A DNA stretch of 64,000 nucleotides, taken from the NCBI GenBank assembly GCA_043228905.1, contig JBHGNT010000014.1:9424001-9488000 (forward strand), given 5' to 3'. Positions 63,501 to 64,000 of the stretch are shown here, piece after piece; position 1 is the stretch's first letter; every line of letters starts with the position of its first letter. Source of the stretch: Azolla caroliniana. Lineage: Eukaryota; Plantae; Polypodiophyta. The notes under the pieces were generated by a model, which searched no databases, was not told where the DNA came from, and saw nothing but the letters and a program-made list of their open reading frames with translations. The translations under genes were made by a program, and so were the position numbers.

Positions 63501-63755
63501 AGTCCTAAAGCCCAGTGGTTCCCACCCGACTCATGCAAGGATCTAGTGCCAAAAGGCACGACACAGTCAGTGAACCTGACGTGAACACGGGTGGCAAGTA
63601 GATGAAAAATCAACAAGAGGCTAACAATATGATGACAATGTTCGAGCGGATGCTACAAGAAAAACGTGCGATGTCGGAGATTGCAGCGGCAGTAGAGCGG
63701 CTTATGCAACGGAACGGGCAATTCAACAAGAAGAATGTGTCATGTTATTTGCGGG
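60524..63755 (+). mobile_element. Ty3/Gypsy M (D-related) in tandem: LTR, deleted internal region, LTR, gag start
   Basis: LTRs 60524-61150 and 62937-63563. Each is followed by a decayed Trp PBS and M(E/K)NQQEANNM. RH end and INT at 61230-62830; PPT GGAGGGGGCGAA. Confidence 0.9.
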
Positions 63756-64000
63756 TGTTATTCTCTTAGCCGGACAAGGCCTAACACAAGGTGTCACGGA
63801 GACACTTCACCAAAGGTGATTACGGCATAGGATTAAGATTCAACGATTACACCGACTTACGTAGGTTACACGATTAGATTGCTTTGGTTAATTACACGCG
63901 TAAGATATAACAGTGATTACAGAACGGAAATCAAGACAGAAGTATAAACATCAGAATCTCTATTAATTATCCGCTGTCATTACAATAGGGTCCGGGCCTT
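63756..64000. mobile_element. Probable LTR of another insertion running off the window
   Basis: The M gag frame stops abruptly at a TGTTA terminus followed by non-coding sequence. Confidence 0.5.

Overview
This window is plant nuclear DNA made entirely of nested retrotransposons. I found no host gene, rRNA, intact tRNA gene or CRISPR array. A non-seed plant such as a bryophyte is an inference from the Tcn1-like chromovirus and the other lineages. LTR pairs, PBS/PPT signals and target-site duplications (TSDs) resolve about 15 elements or fragments. Copia A (-, <1-10565) contains a very young, intact Copia B (+, 3150-8657, TSD AGACG). A self-priming chromovirus J (-, 10566-27352) is interrupted by A, by Gypsy C (+, 13546-22253, TSD GAAGG) and by Copia I (+, 22582-27299, TSD AAATA). 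Copia G (-, 28358-43200, TSD GTAAC) contains a LINE, Copia K (+, 36343-41835, identical LTRs, TSD TTTAG) and a solo LTR. A tRNA-Trp-primed Gypsy D (+, 43751-58850) contains Gypsy E (-), and a tandem Gypsy M starts at 60524. The main oddities are four. (1) Gypsy C has no polypurine tract; in its place is a sense copy of a tRNA-Arg 3' end ending in CCA, i.e. an inverted second PBS, which suggests tRNA priming of both strands or self-pairing. (2) C and its diverged relative E share a conserved ~700-aa extra ORF after pol. (3) The M-family LTRs carry a tRNA-like Pol III A/B-box module. (4) The young Copia elements are strongly CCGG-enriched and show Gag capsid swapping.
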